The notes under the pieces are model-generated. The model was not told the origin of the DNA, did no database searches, and saw nothing but the letters and a program-made list of their open reading frames with translations. The position numbers were made by a program, and so were the translations under genes. A DNA stretch of 62,264 nucleotides, filler included, from Porpidia crustulata (taxonomy: Eukaryota): the NCBI GenBank assembly GCA_964255105.1. It is 7 parts of 7 records of this genome, joined end to end, with 100 filler letters (N's around TTAATTAATTAA, not from the genome) between each part and the next. Parts side by side here need not be neighbours in the genome. Positions count along the whole stretch, not along the records: positions 1 to 8,825 come from CAXUWE010001042.1; positions 8,926 to 17,740 come from CAXUWE010001043.1; 5 more parts are not named here. The stretch is one strand, 5' to 3'. Shown here in pieces: positions 1-12,381 of this stretch. Every line of letters begins with the position of its first letter. Position 1 is the stretch's first letter.

Positions 1-3000
1 GGATGGATGCGGGTGGGTTTTCATCACGAGGCGATGATGAGTCTGGCTGGGTATTGCACTCGCTGCCGTGACGGTTTTTTTCCTGGTTCGGAAAAGTCAT
101 CAGATGTTGGTTCATGGAAAGAAGGATAGGTCTGGTGTTGAGGTTGATTAGGTGAGTGGTTGGGGATGGTGGATGATGACAGATAAAACGTGATAAGATC
201 ATAGATATCCAACTTCATAATCATTGCGAGAGAAGCTCACACCATCTCGATCTCGCTCCCCTCTTGGTTGAAAGCGTGACGATACTCGATTACTAGACAT
301 TTGCAAGGATTAGAGACGTAGATAAACAGGCAAGCAGAGCCTTCAAGAGCATCCAAGTCTCGGAATTGTTCAATGTCGTCAAGGATGCCAGCTGGAGAGT
401 GCTTCGCAACAGTCTCTAGTTTTCTGTGGGCAGAAACATAGCAAGGCATTATGGTTTGGAACATATATTGGTACCCAAACAATCAGAGCTAGCAGGAGTT
501 CGTGACGATGTCTGGACGGGCAACTTTCACCGGGAGTTTTTCGAATTGTTGGAGTGGTATGGAACTTCTCGAGTTGAATCGATCGTAAGCTTTGGCGGTG
601 AGAGTGATTACGCGGAGCAATATGTTTGCAATGCATCATATCCGACTCGTCGTTGGGTGCGCGAGTAATTATCAACAGCCTGTGATCCACCACTGGCAGG
701 GCTGAAAGACAGAAATATCTCCACAATGAACAATTCACAGGAAATAAGTGGTTGAATATGGCATCGAGGTGATCAGCCGTAGACTTGACTTCTTAATACT
801 GAATCTTCGGATTGGTGGATCGGTTCCGACAGATTGGGACGGTGGAAGTCCACGGCTCCGACGGCATTCAGCCCATGCGAAGTACTCTATTCCATGTGTC
901 GGACACGCTGAGCAAGCATTTCGGTGCAACATACCTTTCTAGTGAGATGGTTAAACACATCATCTTCTGGGTAGACATACATGTACAGTATCCATCTTGA
1001 TGCAGCTGGAGCAATATCAATATCGGTGTCATGTCCATACCCATCCATGCTCATGCATCTGCTTTAGTAAGGATGGATACGGGCGTAGCGTGCCTCAGCT
1101 ATTCAATGCGCCCACGGATCTGCATAACTCGGCAGTACATGCGGCACAGCCGTTGCATAAAATGCTGTACAGCTGTGCAATGCGCATTAATTCCGACGGT
1201 GCGCACTCATTCCGACAGTAGCATGGGTGCATGGCCTACGTAATAACATGAGGGAGAAAACTCCAAAGGCACAAAGCAGCCACTTCATCTGCGGTAGGCG
1301 TGCAGCTGGCTCCGTTCGCACGTGGCCATGACAGCCACCGATGGGCGAAGCGTCGATGAGAACGAAAGGAAAATATTCGCCTTGGAAATGCAGGGATGCA
1401 TTTGTCATGCTTAGTGCTTGCTTAGCGCTTGACAGCCTTGGCGTGAGATCTGATCTCAGTCGTGAAGCCTCGGTCGCTGATTGATCGTATGGTAAATCAA
1501 CAGCATCAGCATCATCCTCGTGGAGTGTTTATGATATTTACTTTCTTACCTTTGACGTGATGTAGGATCAACAGCACCATGTCGAATCTGTCGGACTGAA
1601 AGCAGAACGCAGAACGCAGCGTTGCTCGGTCGTGCGTGTCGGCAGCCTTCATCGGGCTCTGATTGGATCAGAGTCATCGAGTAGCGCAGGCTTACTGCAT
1701 GCGCGCAGCACGAGGCACCCCTGTCTGGCCTTCACTGTGATTCAGGCCATCTGTACTGTACCGTACCGTATTGGCGAGCTAGATCGATACCGCTAACATC
1801 GATGACGGGTTTCTGGCTTCTGTTGGCCGACCACCCGACCTTCTCCTTCTTCTCCTTCTTCTCCTTGCGGCACAGCATCATTTGGCAGCAAGAGGCACTC
1901 GCATAAAGACTCGGCTACACCGCATACATAGTTTGAATTATGCATAACCTTGAAGTGCGTACAGTATGAGATGTCAACCAAGAGATATCATATCATTGAA
2001 AGAGAAAATGTACCTTCTACTGTACCTCAGATGTCTGCAACTGCGTCATCATCGAAAGCTTGAGGTAGCCATCAGACCATTATCGAAGCTTAATGACATT
2101 CATGAAGTTTGAATCCATGTACCTTGTCCTGGCTTGAGGATACAGGGAGCGTGCTCGCGTGTTTCAGCTCGTTGGCACAGCAGGCTGGCTGCACCATGCA
2201 AAAGCGTTTCATCTCTTCATCTGCGAGAAGTGGCGGCTAATTTCCTCTCTAAACCCCGAATGGTTGGCTATAGCGGTGATGTAGAATCAGATCGATTGGT
2301 CATGCAAAGGAGTAATGAGCTGCGTGCCGGCAATCTGTCACCCAGGAGGCCACAAGCCATCAACGGCGTATTGGCCTCCACTTCCTCGGCGACTCAATGA
2401 GGGTACTATTAGACATTTTAGATTGTCCGGTGCCTCGACATAGTCAAAATGGCAAATTGCGGCCTCATGCTGTTGTGACGAAGTAACAGCTAGCTATTGA
2501 TGCTGATTGACGGCCCATCGATTTGAATGGGTCTCAGAGAGCCTATCCCTGAATTCTCTCCATGACTCTAATGGTACGGATCGTGGGTGACCGAGTTTCT
2601 GTTTGGTAGGCAGACAGCCGCTATTCAATTCTGAAATCATCGAAAGGAAGTGATGGAAGGATTAGCGCTGTTATCCGTTAGGGACGTTTCACTCTTTATT
2701 AATAGCCCAGGCAGAGATATGTTTCCGCAGGATGAAGATAGATACGCCATGTCATGCATTATGGCAGATCCGAGACTCCGAGATAAAGCTATCCGCAACC
2801 CATGAAAATTCGTGAAGCATAAATTGTTAATTCTCATGACACCTATCATGACTACTAATCTTTCACTGTTGATGTTTCAGCCATTTCAAATTTGATTCAG
2901 AACCTGGGAACCAGGTCAATCAAAAATAGCGCCAAAGTAAATACCGTAGCTCGGGAGGTGTGAGACTCCGTTCTTTTCAAACTTGTCAGCCTGATATTTC

Positions 3001-3712
3001 AATTCAGATATACCTGTATATTACTCGTAGTTTGAGAATGCTGGTGCAGATTGCAAATGGTTGGATGACATTACCAGAATCACAGTAACAGTAGGTAACA
3101 TGGTAGGTAACACATGTCCAGGCAGAATGGTGGCGGTATGGAATAAGTAGTGGAGTAAGTAAGGAACACAACAAAGCATAACTTTCCGTACCGAACGCCT
3201 TGTCCAGCCTAGCGTCCACATGACTACGCTTCCGCAGTCAGATGCTTGTCCCCACGAGGGAGAAAATCGTGCTTCCCACGCTCTCGATTACTGTGGTAGC
3301 GGGCTAGGTGGCTAGCTACCTAAGGGCTGCTAAGTAACTGCCTAACTGTAACTACTGCCCCATTCCCTTGTCCTACCCTACCACCACAGCCAAACACACC
3401 TCGTCCCCTTCCCTCACCCTTATCCTGATCCATTTCCTTCCATATTGTTCATCTACCCTCCTTCTAGGTTTCTTGGCCTACCTCTTAATGCACATTTGTT
3501 GATTTGTAGCAACCAAGCATTTTTGCGTTGACTTGGATCTGGGTATTACCTGGCTGCTCTAATTCACCCCCCGTTAGCTCGTTCGTTGTCATACTACCGT
3601 ACTTACTGCGATTATTCAATTACCGGTCAATCTGTACTACTTCCGAACTACCACTACCGTCTTGCACTCTTAGTGGGCCCAAATCCCATACCTTACCATT
3701 CAACTGCCTTAC

Positions 3713-6076
3713 ATGACGGGACTGTCATCCACTCCTCTTCCACCTGCAAATGACCTGGACTTGAGGAAACCACCTGATCACCATCCTTCCCCGACCCAAA
3801 TTTCACCGCCGACAATTCTAGCCGGGAAAGCGGTCGCACCAAACGGTTCGTCGGCGAACCACCAAATTCTAACTCCCTCCTTCACCACCTCTTGTGAGAC
3901 TCGGAATATTTTGGCAGAGAATTCGCACTCGAAAAATAACCGGCTGTCCTTGGCTGCAATTGCCCGCGATAGAACTGCCACTGCTTTCGCGAACTTTTCA
4001 CTGCGAACGAGAACCTCGTCCCAGTCGTTGCACTCTTCTTCATCTTCGGGCAGCCTTTCGAAACAACGCTCTCCTACATCTCTGGCCTCATCTCACGATT
4101 CGGCCTCGATAAAGCTGGATCAGCCTGCTATTTCACCCATTCGACGATCACCGCGCTCTGATCGACGACTGCCAACGTCGCTCGACCTCAATTTACTCAC
4201 AGCAACAGAGGAGCTACCCTTAGGCACTTCTTCGGCACCTGCCGACACAGAGTCAGAGCCTGCCAATCGAAACCTATCTCCTCCACCTTCCTACACGGAG
4301 TCTCATCTGCAAGGCGCAAACAGCAAAATGCACCAAACATCTTCGAGGCTGCTCCGCATGACGGATGAAGAGCGACCGTTTACCAGAGACTTTGAGGATT
4401 TGTTCTCGACTTTAATGGTCAGCCTGCCTTTAACGTCGCACAGGGTTCGCTTTCAAAAGGTGGAGCATACATTTACATCCGAGGAAGCGATCAACAATCT
4501 TGGATCCCTCAAATTCTCCCAGTCGAACCGAATGCCAGATCCCAAAGATCCGTCTCGGATAGTCACGACCACCACTACTACCACATTCTCCATGGCAAAA
4601 GAGATGGCACGTTCGGTCTGCCAGCGATTCATGGATGCCCGTTTCTGCGAAACCGCGGACGGCAAGCCTATACCAAGTTTTCCACTCAAAAATGCTGTGT
4701 GGCAGCTGACACCAAAGGGAATGCATGTTTTGACGCGGTTCTGTCAGCGCAATGGCATTAACCAGCGGCATGTTCTCGACGTCCTAGATAGCGCGAGAAA
4801 TACTATGCAGCTGGTCATTTTGGAAAGAGATGGGACGACGGATAAATTATCTCATGATCGGGCTACAATAGAAGTCATCTTCAGGCGCTTTGCGGGGCAA
4901 GAGGGTCCAAACATCAAGACTAACATCTCCACTTCTGATTCCGACTCGTTGAGTGATTACTACAACGGTCTGATAGGGGTAAAAATGGCGAAAGAACGCA
5001 AGATACTGGATCGAACCGTTTCAAATACATTCACCGGCAAGGCAACGGTAGATTGGCTCATGGATTGCTGCACCACGGTCGATCGCAGAGAGGTTTACGA
5101 AATCGCCGAGCTATTTGTGCAACATGGACTCATCTGGGCGGTTGTGGAGGACAAGGTCTACATACACCAGAACCCGGGTGCTTCGCGGTTCCAGCCAACA
5201 AAGAATGCTATATATGGATTATTAGAAAAAGGTCAAAGAGTCGCAGGGTGGATCCCGCGAGAAGAGAGCCCTAGTGGTGACGAGAACAGAGGCGACAGCT
5301 CATCTAAGGGCGGCAGTGTGAGTGGCAGCAGCAGGAAGGACGGTAGAAATGTACCGAGAGATTCCAACAATAACCGGTTGACAATGATTGTGAACGATCC
5401 AGCATTACGCCTGCTATTTCGGGAATTCCTACGCGACACGCACTGCGAGGAAAATCTTGCTTTCTATCTCGAAGTCAGAGAGTTCACAAGGAGCTATGAC
5501 AGCGCAGAAAGAGTGAAAGCGTTTACAAGACTGGATGCAATTAGAGAGAGCCTTGCGGCCGCATATGGTCAGTAGTCCCTTGTCCTTGCTTGATGCTGGC
5601 TAATCCAAAGTAGGACTGTACAATGCATTCCTCGCACCGGGCTCTCCTTGCGAGCTGAATATCGATCATAATTTGCGGAACAGCCTTGCAGGACGCATGA
5701 CCCGAGCTGTCGGTGATGACGAATCAATGTTGAAAAGTCTGCAAGAAGTCGTCGGCCTCTTCAAAGAGGCTCAAAGCTCCGTCTTCAAGCTCATGTCAAG
5801 TGTCAGTACACACAGTAGTTTTTGGAAATCGAGATCTAATCGTCCGCACAGGATTCCGTACCCAAGTTCCTAAAAGAGCCAAAGTACGCTGGTGTGCTCA
5901 GTCAACATAATTTCGACCACCCCAACCACCATCAATCCACGCAATCGACCCTCCCCGAGCGAACCAAGAGTACAGCGATCCGTGAAGATCGTACTCTCTC
6001 GCCCGGTTCCAGGCGAGGCCTATCGCCCACAGCGAGACGTGTTCCCTCACCCGGTTCGAGAGGCATATCAAGGTAA
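3713..6076 (+). CDS. flbA: FlbA/Sst2-type regulator of G-protein signalling (DEP domains + RGS domain); introns 5568-5613 and 5802-5851
   Basis: FlbA-typical motifs DLFSTLMVSLPLTSHRVRF, FSMAKEMARSVCQRF, DPALRLLFREFLRDTHCEENLAFY. Removing two GT..AG introns with CTAAT branch sites restores AYGLYNAFLAPGSPCELNIDH and LMSSDSVPKF, ending at TAA 6074-6076. Confidence 0.93.
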
Positions 6077-7315
6077 TCATAGTGCGGCAGAGTCCGAATC
6101 TCGTGAGCCAAGTATCGATTAATGTTGCGAGATATGACCAAGGTGTGTCAGGGGAAGTAAATCGGACACCCGACTACTCTCGCTAGGCAACCGTCTGGAC
6201 ACGTCTTTCAAAATATCCACAATCAATGCTACGAACTTTTTTGTCTGTGGCATGTTCGTACCACTCCGCCTCGCCACTCTATACAAAATGAGATAAGCGG
6301 TACTTCAAAACCTCTGCCGATCTACGCCCTCGCTCCCATGAGACTCATGTCCCAACCGAAAAAGACGATTTGGCGTCGTCAACCCTGCATTCCATCGGCG
6401 TTATGAGCATCGACAGCGGCGACTCCATTTCAGGTTACGGCGCACGATGCATTGAGGATGGCATTCTGCGCAGGCCCTAGGTTCGCGCTCTCTCCCTTGG
6501 ACGTCTAACGGCCTGTTTGATCGACTTCTGGGCAAAGCGAATGCTGCTTATTGGCCAGCGGTTGGTATGGCGTAGTTAGTATGTTCTGGTTGGAAAAAAG
6601 AGGATGGATAGAGAGTTGTATTTTCTTTGGCTATCCTCGATGAATGCTCATGACTGTGTATGTAGGGTAGGAACGCTGTTATGCACCTTAGGAAGTCCCA
6701 GAAACGGCTTGTCCTGGCCTAGATTCGATTCGCGATGGTGCAAGTGCTGCATCTCGGCCGCCATTACTCGCGTCGACTTGTATGTATTGACTCGTCGCAT
6801 CGCATGGCCGCACATTGTCTCATAACCCGTACCTATTTCGGCACCACGAGGCCTCAATCTTAGTCATCCTCCAGACCGCTTTGATTCAATACATTCTTCA
6901 GCTTTCAGCTACACTTCCTGTCCTATCTCTGCCCCCATCGATTTCATTCTAGCTTTCCAACATCTGCTATCAGGCTTTAGTCGCCCCAGTAGTAGTGATA
7001 GGTAAGCAAGAACCATCGTCCAGGGTCCAACCCTCATGCACCATCATCGGTGATCGCTCAAGCGAGTAACTGCAAGCTTATCCATAGGTGGACTCTTCCC
7101 CGCGATATCAGAACTACAATTCATTCGCAGAAGCTTGCAGACCAGGAAGGTTGCACTCCTCACACGACACTGCAGCTTGTAGGTTTCCATATACTAGCTA
7201 ACCTACCTCGCCGACTCACTACGGCACGAGTAGAGTAAGGTATATAGTCTGGACAGGGTAACACGCTGATCCAGTCTGTCCTTCCTACATTCCCACTACC
7301 ATTCACCGAGACTAT

Positions 7316-8825
7316 ATGGCGATGACTGACTCTGAGAAAGGTATCGAGGCCATCGATGTCAAGACCGACGTCACCAGCATCACCTACATCGACCCTCACG
7401 TCAGCTCTGTGACCGACGAAGTCGCTCGCGCTCGAGCCATCCAGAATGGCTTCGCTCCTTTGCGCCTCATGCGCCGAGGTGAAGAATGGCTGGACAAGAA
7501 GCTTGGCATCGAGACCCAGGGTATCGATCGTATCCCTGAAGAGGAGAAACGACCACCGCATATTGTCAACTCGTTCTTTATGTGGTGGTCCATGACCTGT
7601 CACGTCGGGACTCTCCCAATTGGCTTCCTGGGGCCGGAATTCGGGCTGTCGTTGAACCAATCCGTCGCCGCCATCGTGGTCGGCACGTTCCTTGGATCCA
7701 TGTGCACCGCTTACTGTGGGACTTTGGGGCCAAAGGTTAGGACCACTGCTCGATGTTTGGAATTTGTAGCTAATCAAATTGAACCACAGCTAGGCCTGCG
7801 CGCCATTGCCACATCCAGGTATTCCTTTGGGTTCTGGGGCGCCAAAATCGGCTCCATCCTCAACGTCGTGATCGGCGGGGGTTTCTCCGTCGTGAACATC
7901 GTCGTTTGCGGCCAAATCCTCAGCGCCGTGTCGAACTACACCATGACCATCAGCGTCGGCTGCGTCATCATCTCCGTAATCTCCTACGTCGTCTCCGTCT
8001 TCGGTTTCGCCCTGATCCACACCTTTGAAAAGTACTCCTGGATATTCGCCTTCATCCTCCTTTGCGTCCTCATCGGCCAAGCCGGCCCCCATGTTGATGC
8101 CAGTGCGCCAGCCCTGGATAGTGGCCTCGTACTTGCAGGTTCTTTCCTTTCCTTCATGGCCATTAATTTCTCCTCCGTGTCCGCGTGGAGCACCATCGCC
8201 GCCGACTACTACTGCAACTACCCCGCCGCCACCCCTACGCGCACCATCTTCGCCCTCACCCTCTTCGGCCTCGCGATCCCCACCACCTTCGCCACCGTCC
8301 TCGGCGCCTGCCTCGGCAACGCCGTCCTCAGCGCCGCCTACCCCCCCTACCACACGGCCTTTGAAGCCCACGGGCTCGGCGGCGTCCTGCTCGTGGCCTT
8401 CCACCCGCTCGGCTGGTCCCGCTTCTGCCTCGTGCTGCTGACCTTCTCCGTGCTTGGGAACAACATCGCCAACACCTACTCGAGCGGCCTCAGCCTGCAG
8501 CTGCTCGGCCACCACTGCCACGCCGTTCCGCGCTTCGCCTGGTCCCTGGCCGTCGCCCTCGTCACCGCCGTCCTCGCCATCGCCGGCAAAGATCACCTCA
8601 GCACCATCGTCGCCGACTTCGTCTCCCTGCTCGGCTACTGGAGCATCAGCTTCACCGTCATCCTCCTCCTCGAGGACCGCTGGTTCCGCCGGCGCGACGG
8701 CTACGACCTCGGCGCCTGGGACCGGCCGGGTGAGCTTCCGCTGGGAGCCGCGGCCGTATTGGCGCTGCTGACGGGGTATTTGGCCGGGGGCGTGACGGGC
8801 ATGAGCCAGACGTGGTATGTAGGGC
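7316..8825 (+). CDS. NCS1-family purine-cytosine permease / vitamin B6 transporter (Fcy2/Tpn1-like); intron 7736-7789; 3' end lost at the spacer
   Basis: Many hydrophobic helices plus family motifs GPK/LGLRAIATSRYSFGFWG, AADYY, NNIANTYSSGLSLQ, GMSQTWYVG. Confidence 0.88.
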
Positions 8826-8925
8826 NNNNNNNNNNNNNNNNNNNNNNNNNNNNNNNNNNNNNNNNNNNNTTAATTAATTAANNNNNNNNNNNNNNNNNNN
8901 NNNNNNNNNNNNNNNNNNNNNNNNN
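8826..8925. other. Artificial contig spacer N44-TTAATTAATTAA-N44
   Basis: Stops in all six frames embedded in Ns; identical at all six junctions. Confidence 0.99.
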
Positions 8926-9437
8926 CACCCCCTCTCGTTGCCGCGACCTGGGTGTTCCAACACCCACCTCGGGGTGACGCTCCTCACCCCTCGCTCACCC
9001 GCCGTCACCCTTCCCTTCCCTCACCATCACCCACCTCACCCAGACCTCATCCACCTCACCCGTTTTCGCCTGGCTCGACCAATCTGCCTTTGCGTTTTTC
9101 TCGCTGTGTCCTTCTCCGCCGGCGCCATGGATCTTTTTCAGGCTCCAAGCCAGCAGGGCCCAAACGGGCTCCCCCCCCCAACGAGCACTCGAGGAGCTGT
9201 TCAGATCCTTAAGCCCTCTCCTTCTCTTCCATTCCCTTCTCCTTCTCCTTCTTTAGCTTCGGGGACCTCTTCTTCTTCTGGGACCCTCACCCTCTGCGCG
9301 TCTACAAGTCCTTTGCCTGCTTCTTCCATTCATCTGGTTTCTCAGTCCTCGATTGCATTCGATCTCTTCTCTCCGTTCCTGGATCCTGTTTCACTCTGTT
9401 AGCGTCTGCCATCCCCATCATCTTCCATTGGAAAATC

Positions 9438-9911
9438 ATGGGCAAAAAGCGGACTGTAGAAGAATACCATCAGACAGCCGAGGCCAATGGCTGGGTGGAG
9501 GGCGCTCACGAAGAGGAGGATCGTGTGGTCCTGGGGCAGGACGGACCCTCGGACAGATACAAGATAAATCAGCAGAAGGCTTTGGATCAGTGGGTAATGT
9601 GAGATCTCCAAGTCCTGCTGCTGAGCTCGGGATCCTTGCTCTATCTTTCACTACCGCTGACAGTGCTAAATATAGTTTCATGTCTTGTAAGGGGATCTCG
9701 GCGGCGGAATGCCTACGTGAGAATTGCCCCGTCCCCACCAATGTGACTGTCAAAGACTTCGCTCGATGGTATTGCAAGTCCCGTCGTGGTCGGCTTGGCG
9801 AGGTGCCCAATGATACTTCGGTCAGAAACACGGTGAAGAATTTTTTTCAGTGGATTCGAGAGGATCACGAAGACAAAGATACCCAACGGATTAAGGGTAG
9901 ATGTCTATAAT
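9438..9911 (+). pseudogene. 5' fragment of a DUF3435-like tyrosine recombinase gene (Starship captain type); exons 9438-9598 and 9676-9911; frameshift in the T-run at about 9840-9847
   Basis: After splicing and removing one T it reads MGKKRTVEEY...QKALDQWVIFMSCKG...VKDFARWYCKSRRGRLGEVPNDTSVRNTVKNFFSGFERITKTKIPNGLRVDVYN, then a GTGAGT donor at 9912. This resembles the N-terminal region of fungal DUF3435 proteins as I recall it. No catalytic C-terminal part follows. Confidence 0.55.
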
Positions 9912-9984
9912 GTGAGTTCTACATTGAAGCATTGGACTGGTGGCCAGCCCTATCGCCGTATCGCACACAGTATTGAAACTAGAA

Positions 9985-10200
9985 TATCTCCGCCAATATC
10001 GATAAATATCAAGCAGCAATTGATACTTTGCTTTCGCAAGAGCTCCTATACTTCTCTAAGGCAGTAGAGAGATTTCACTATAAGCGTCGACAGCTTACAC
10101 GATGCTTTAACAGAGGCTATGTACTCTTTATAAAGATGCTATATACTCAGCGAAGCGCAAAGCAAATCCTCTTAGATTATATCAGAGATCCAATACGGCA
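9985..10200 (+). mobile_element. Degenerate pogo/Fot1-like transposase N-terminal HTH fragment
   Basis: Reads DKYQAAIDTLLSQELLYFSKAVERFHYKRRQLTRCFNRG...KQILLDYI, similar to the pipsqueak/CENP-B HTH start of fungal pogo transposases; TpA-rich, consistent with RIP. Confidence 0.4.
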
Positions 10201-10350
10201 AGGCCTAACCCTATACCAAAGATGGTTCTTCAATTTGCCACGGATCTTACGGGCTCCATGAAACCTTTACACACCGTTTTCATTTCCTACTTCAGCTGCA
10301 GTAGCTCGGGTAAGAATTCAGTGGATCTGAGTTCATGCCGTCTTCCATCG

Positions 10351-11071
10351 CTAGCTTGAATTCTCATTGCCGGATACAAGTATCCATCCAAGCCCTCGCA
10401 TGTAATTTTTTGCTGAAGTCGTTGGTACTCCGTCATAGACTACGACTTCGACAATGATCCTTTTCAATGAGGAGATGGCTTTGAATTGCGCGTCAATTGG
10501 TGACAATGCCTCTCGGATAATATCGTCTGTCTTTCTAAAGACACTGGAATTTCTGTCGTGAACAAGGGTTTTCAGTGTCGAAAGATTGGTACACTTGTCT
10601 TGGGGGAGCTTCAGACTCTGCAAGCTGTCGTCCCTGAGCTTGAAGTTTCCTGTTTGGCCGTCTATACTTTCAACTACCGGGAAGTTGATGCATAAATGGG
10701 ATAGTGAAGCTGCGTTCATAGGACCAATGCAGTCTAAAAAGGACCGCAGGAGGCCGACTTGTTGCTCCGTAATATCCACGAAATGAAACTGATTCGTTTC
10801 ATAGAGCGCTGCGCTAGCCTCACGGTATATCCGTCGATTGGTATATAGTACCGCAAGCCACCGGATAGGTCTGTCGGGCGCAAAGCTCTCTACTCGAGAA
10901 CCTGGCTCTTGAAAAAGATAGAGTGGATGCGGTACAATGAGCACTATTTTTGTAGATTTTATTGCGAACACCTGTAGGCAAGTCGAGGAAATTGACCGTA
11001 GCAGAGCTTGCCGATTGGGAGGAATGGAAGGGTGTTGTTAAGCGCGGGGTGCGGCTTTCTTTAGAACTCAT
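10351..11071 (-). CDS. Fungal F-box-like (DUF7730-type) hypothetical protein; 1-nt frameshift at about 10947-10951 (error or pseudogene)
   Basis: ORF 10820-11071 (FLDLPTGVRNKIYK) and ORF 10351-10971 (IVL...LAVLYTNRRIYREASAALYETNQF) join if one A is removed from an A5 run, giving the FLxLPxxIRxxIY...RxIYxEAxxxLYxxNxF pattern. Confidence 0.6.
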
Positions 11072-11410
11072 AACAATTCAATGATGGCAATGCAGGGAGC
11101 GTGCTAAAAGTGTCTCGACCGTCTCTGGTCAGATGAAGACTAGAGATGCGGAAATCGTGTTCTAACCGAACATTGCAAGCGGTGAGTAATTCGAGAAGGC
11201 GGATAATTTAATCGTCCACGGCTTTGATGGGCAGAGAATACTCGTATATACCCCTCAAATGGTCAGCCGACCTAGGGTTAGGGTTAATTTTGAAATCAGG
11301 GTTAGGTAGTTCTGCAGCCGGGTCAAACTTCCTCCGACGACCGCTCTCGGCGGCAGACGGGTGGCACTCTTTCAGAGCCGGCGACAGCAGCCGGAATCTA
11401 TTAGTCGATC

Positions 11411-11530
11411 CACCCCTCGTTCGATTACACCCCTAGTTCGAACATCGCACTTGAGATTAGTGCTCAAATTTTCTACAGCCCTAACCCTAGGTGCGATGTT
11501 CGAACTAGGGATGTCATTGAACGAGGAGTG
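11411..11530. repeat. 120-bp inverted-repeat (MITE-like) element with 40-bp arms and an internal CCCTAACCCTA motif
   Basis: Left arm 11411-11450 CACCCCTCGTTCGATTACACCCCTAGTTCGAACATCGCAC matches the reverse complement of 11491-11530 at 36/40. No TSD seen. Confidence 0.75.
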
Positions 11531-12381
11531 AAAACGAATATCAGGGATTGGTCAGCATCCCAATTGGGACTAGCGTCCCACGGTATATTTTATCTAGACA
11601 ACGAGGTTTTGCACCTCAGTTCTACCAGCTAGAACAATTCTACACCCTACGAGGCCATACCTTTCAACGTCTATAACAAAGACCCACTAATCTATCATCA
11701 TAGATTGTAACGGGGTCCTTACATATCCTTCCATTCCTTAGAAAATTGTCAGGTCGTCGTCGGTGGGTTGCTTCTTGGGAAGAAATCGCTTGTCAAAACC
11801 GGCCCCCTTTTGACTGGTCGTTTTTCTCAATCAAAGAATGACAACCGTCATCAAAACACATCTGCCAGTGTCCACAACCGCCTTGATGGGCCATAATGCG
11901 TTCCCTCGGCGTGGACATTGTGCTTTTTGAGTCGCCGTTGCGGTCACGGCAGGGGAGAGAGGATGAAATCCCTCGAGCGAGTCACGAAAACACGACGCGT
12001 CCGTCGAAGGCAAGCGGCCAGCCATCTGGTCGTTATAAGAAGTTTTTGTAGACCTCGTCCAACTAGATGATGTCACTATGGGATGCGAAACATGATGGAT
12101 GTGAAGTCTTGAATGATTCGAACATTGTGCTTAGGAATACGTGCAAAGCAAATAAACATAAGTCCGAGGGTAGGAGATCGCTAGCATGAACTTCTCAACT
12201 TGTCTCTCGTTTGCAGGTATGTGCAACGTGTCGCCCGAGGATTTCCTCTCCTGCAGCCATGCCCTCCCATCAACAAGTTACAAAGCCTCGTATTGCAATA
12301 TCAACGACACCATCAAGCGGCAACAAGGTGACCGTCTCAGAACTTCTGAATCCTCGTCCACTCATTTTACTCTAGGCTCTT

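Noticed and set aside
237..1060. Possible degraded minus-strand gene (GTATGT donor near 935, protein-like fragments)
   Set aside because: No frame stays open and I recognise no family motif.
7790..8771. Long alternative-frame and antisense ORFs over the permease
   Set aside because: By-product of very high third-position C content in the real CDS.
8870..8881. TTAATTAATTAA recurring about every 8.9 kb as a possible periodic element or array
   Set aside because: Always centred in N-runs; it is a synthetic six-frame-stop linker.
12183..12330. F-box-like peptide LLNLSLVCRYVQRVA on the + strand
   Set aside because: Short, bounded by stops and lacking a start; too weak to call.
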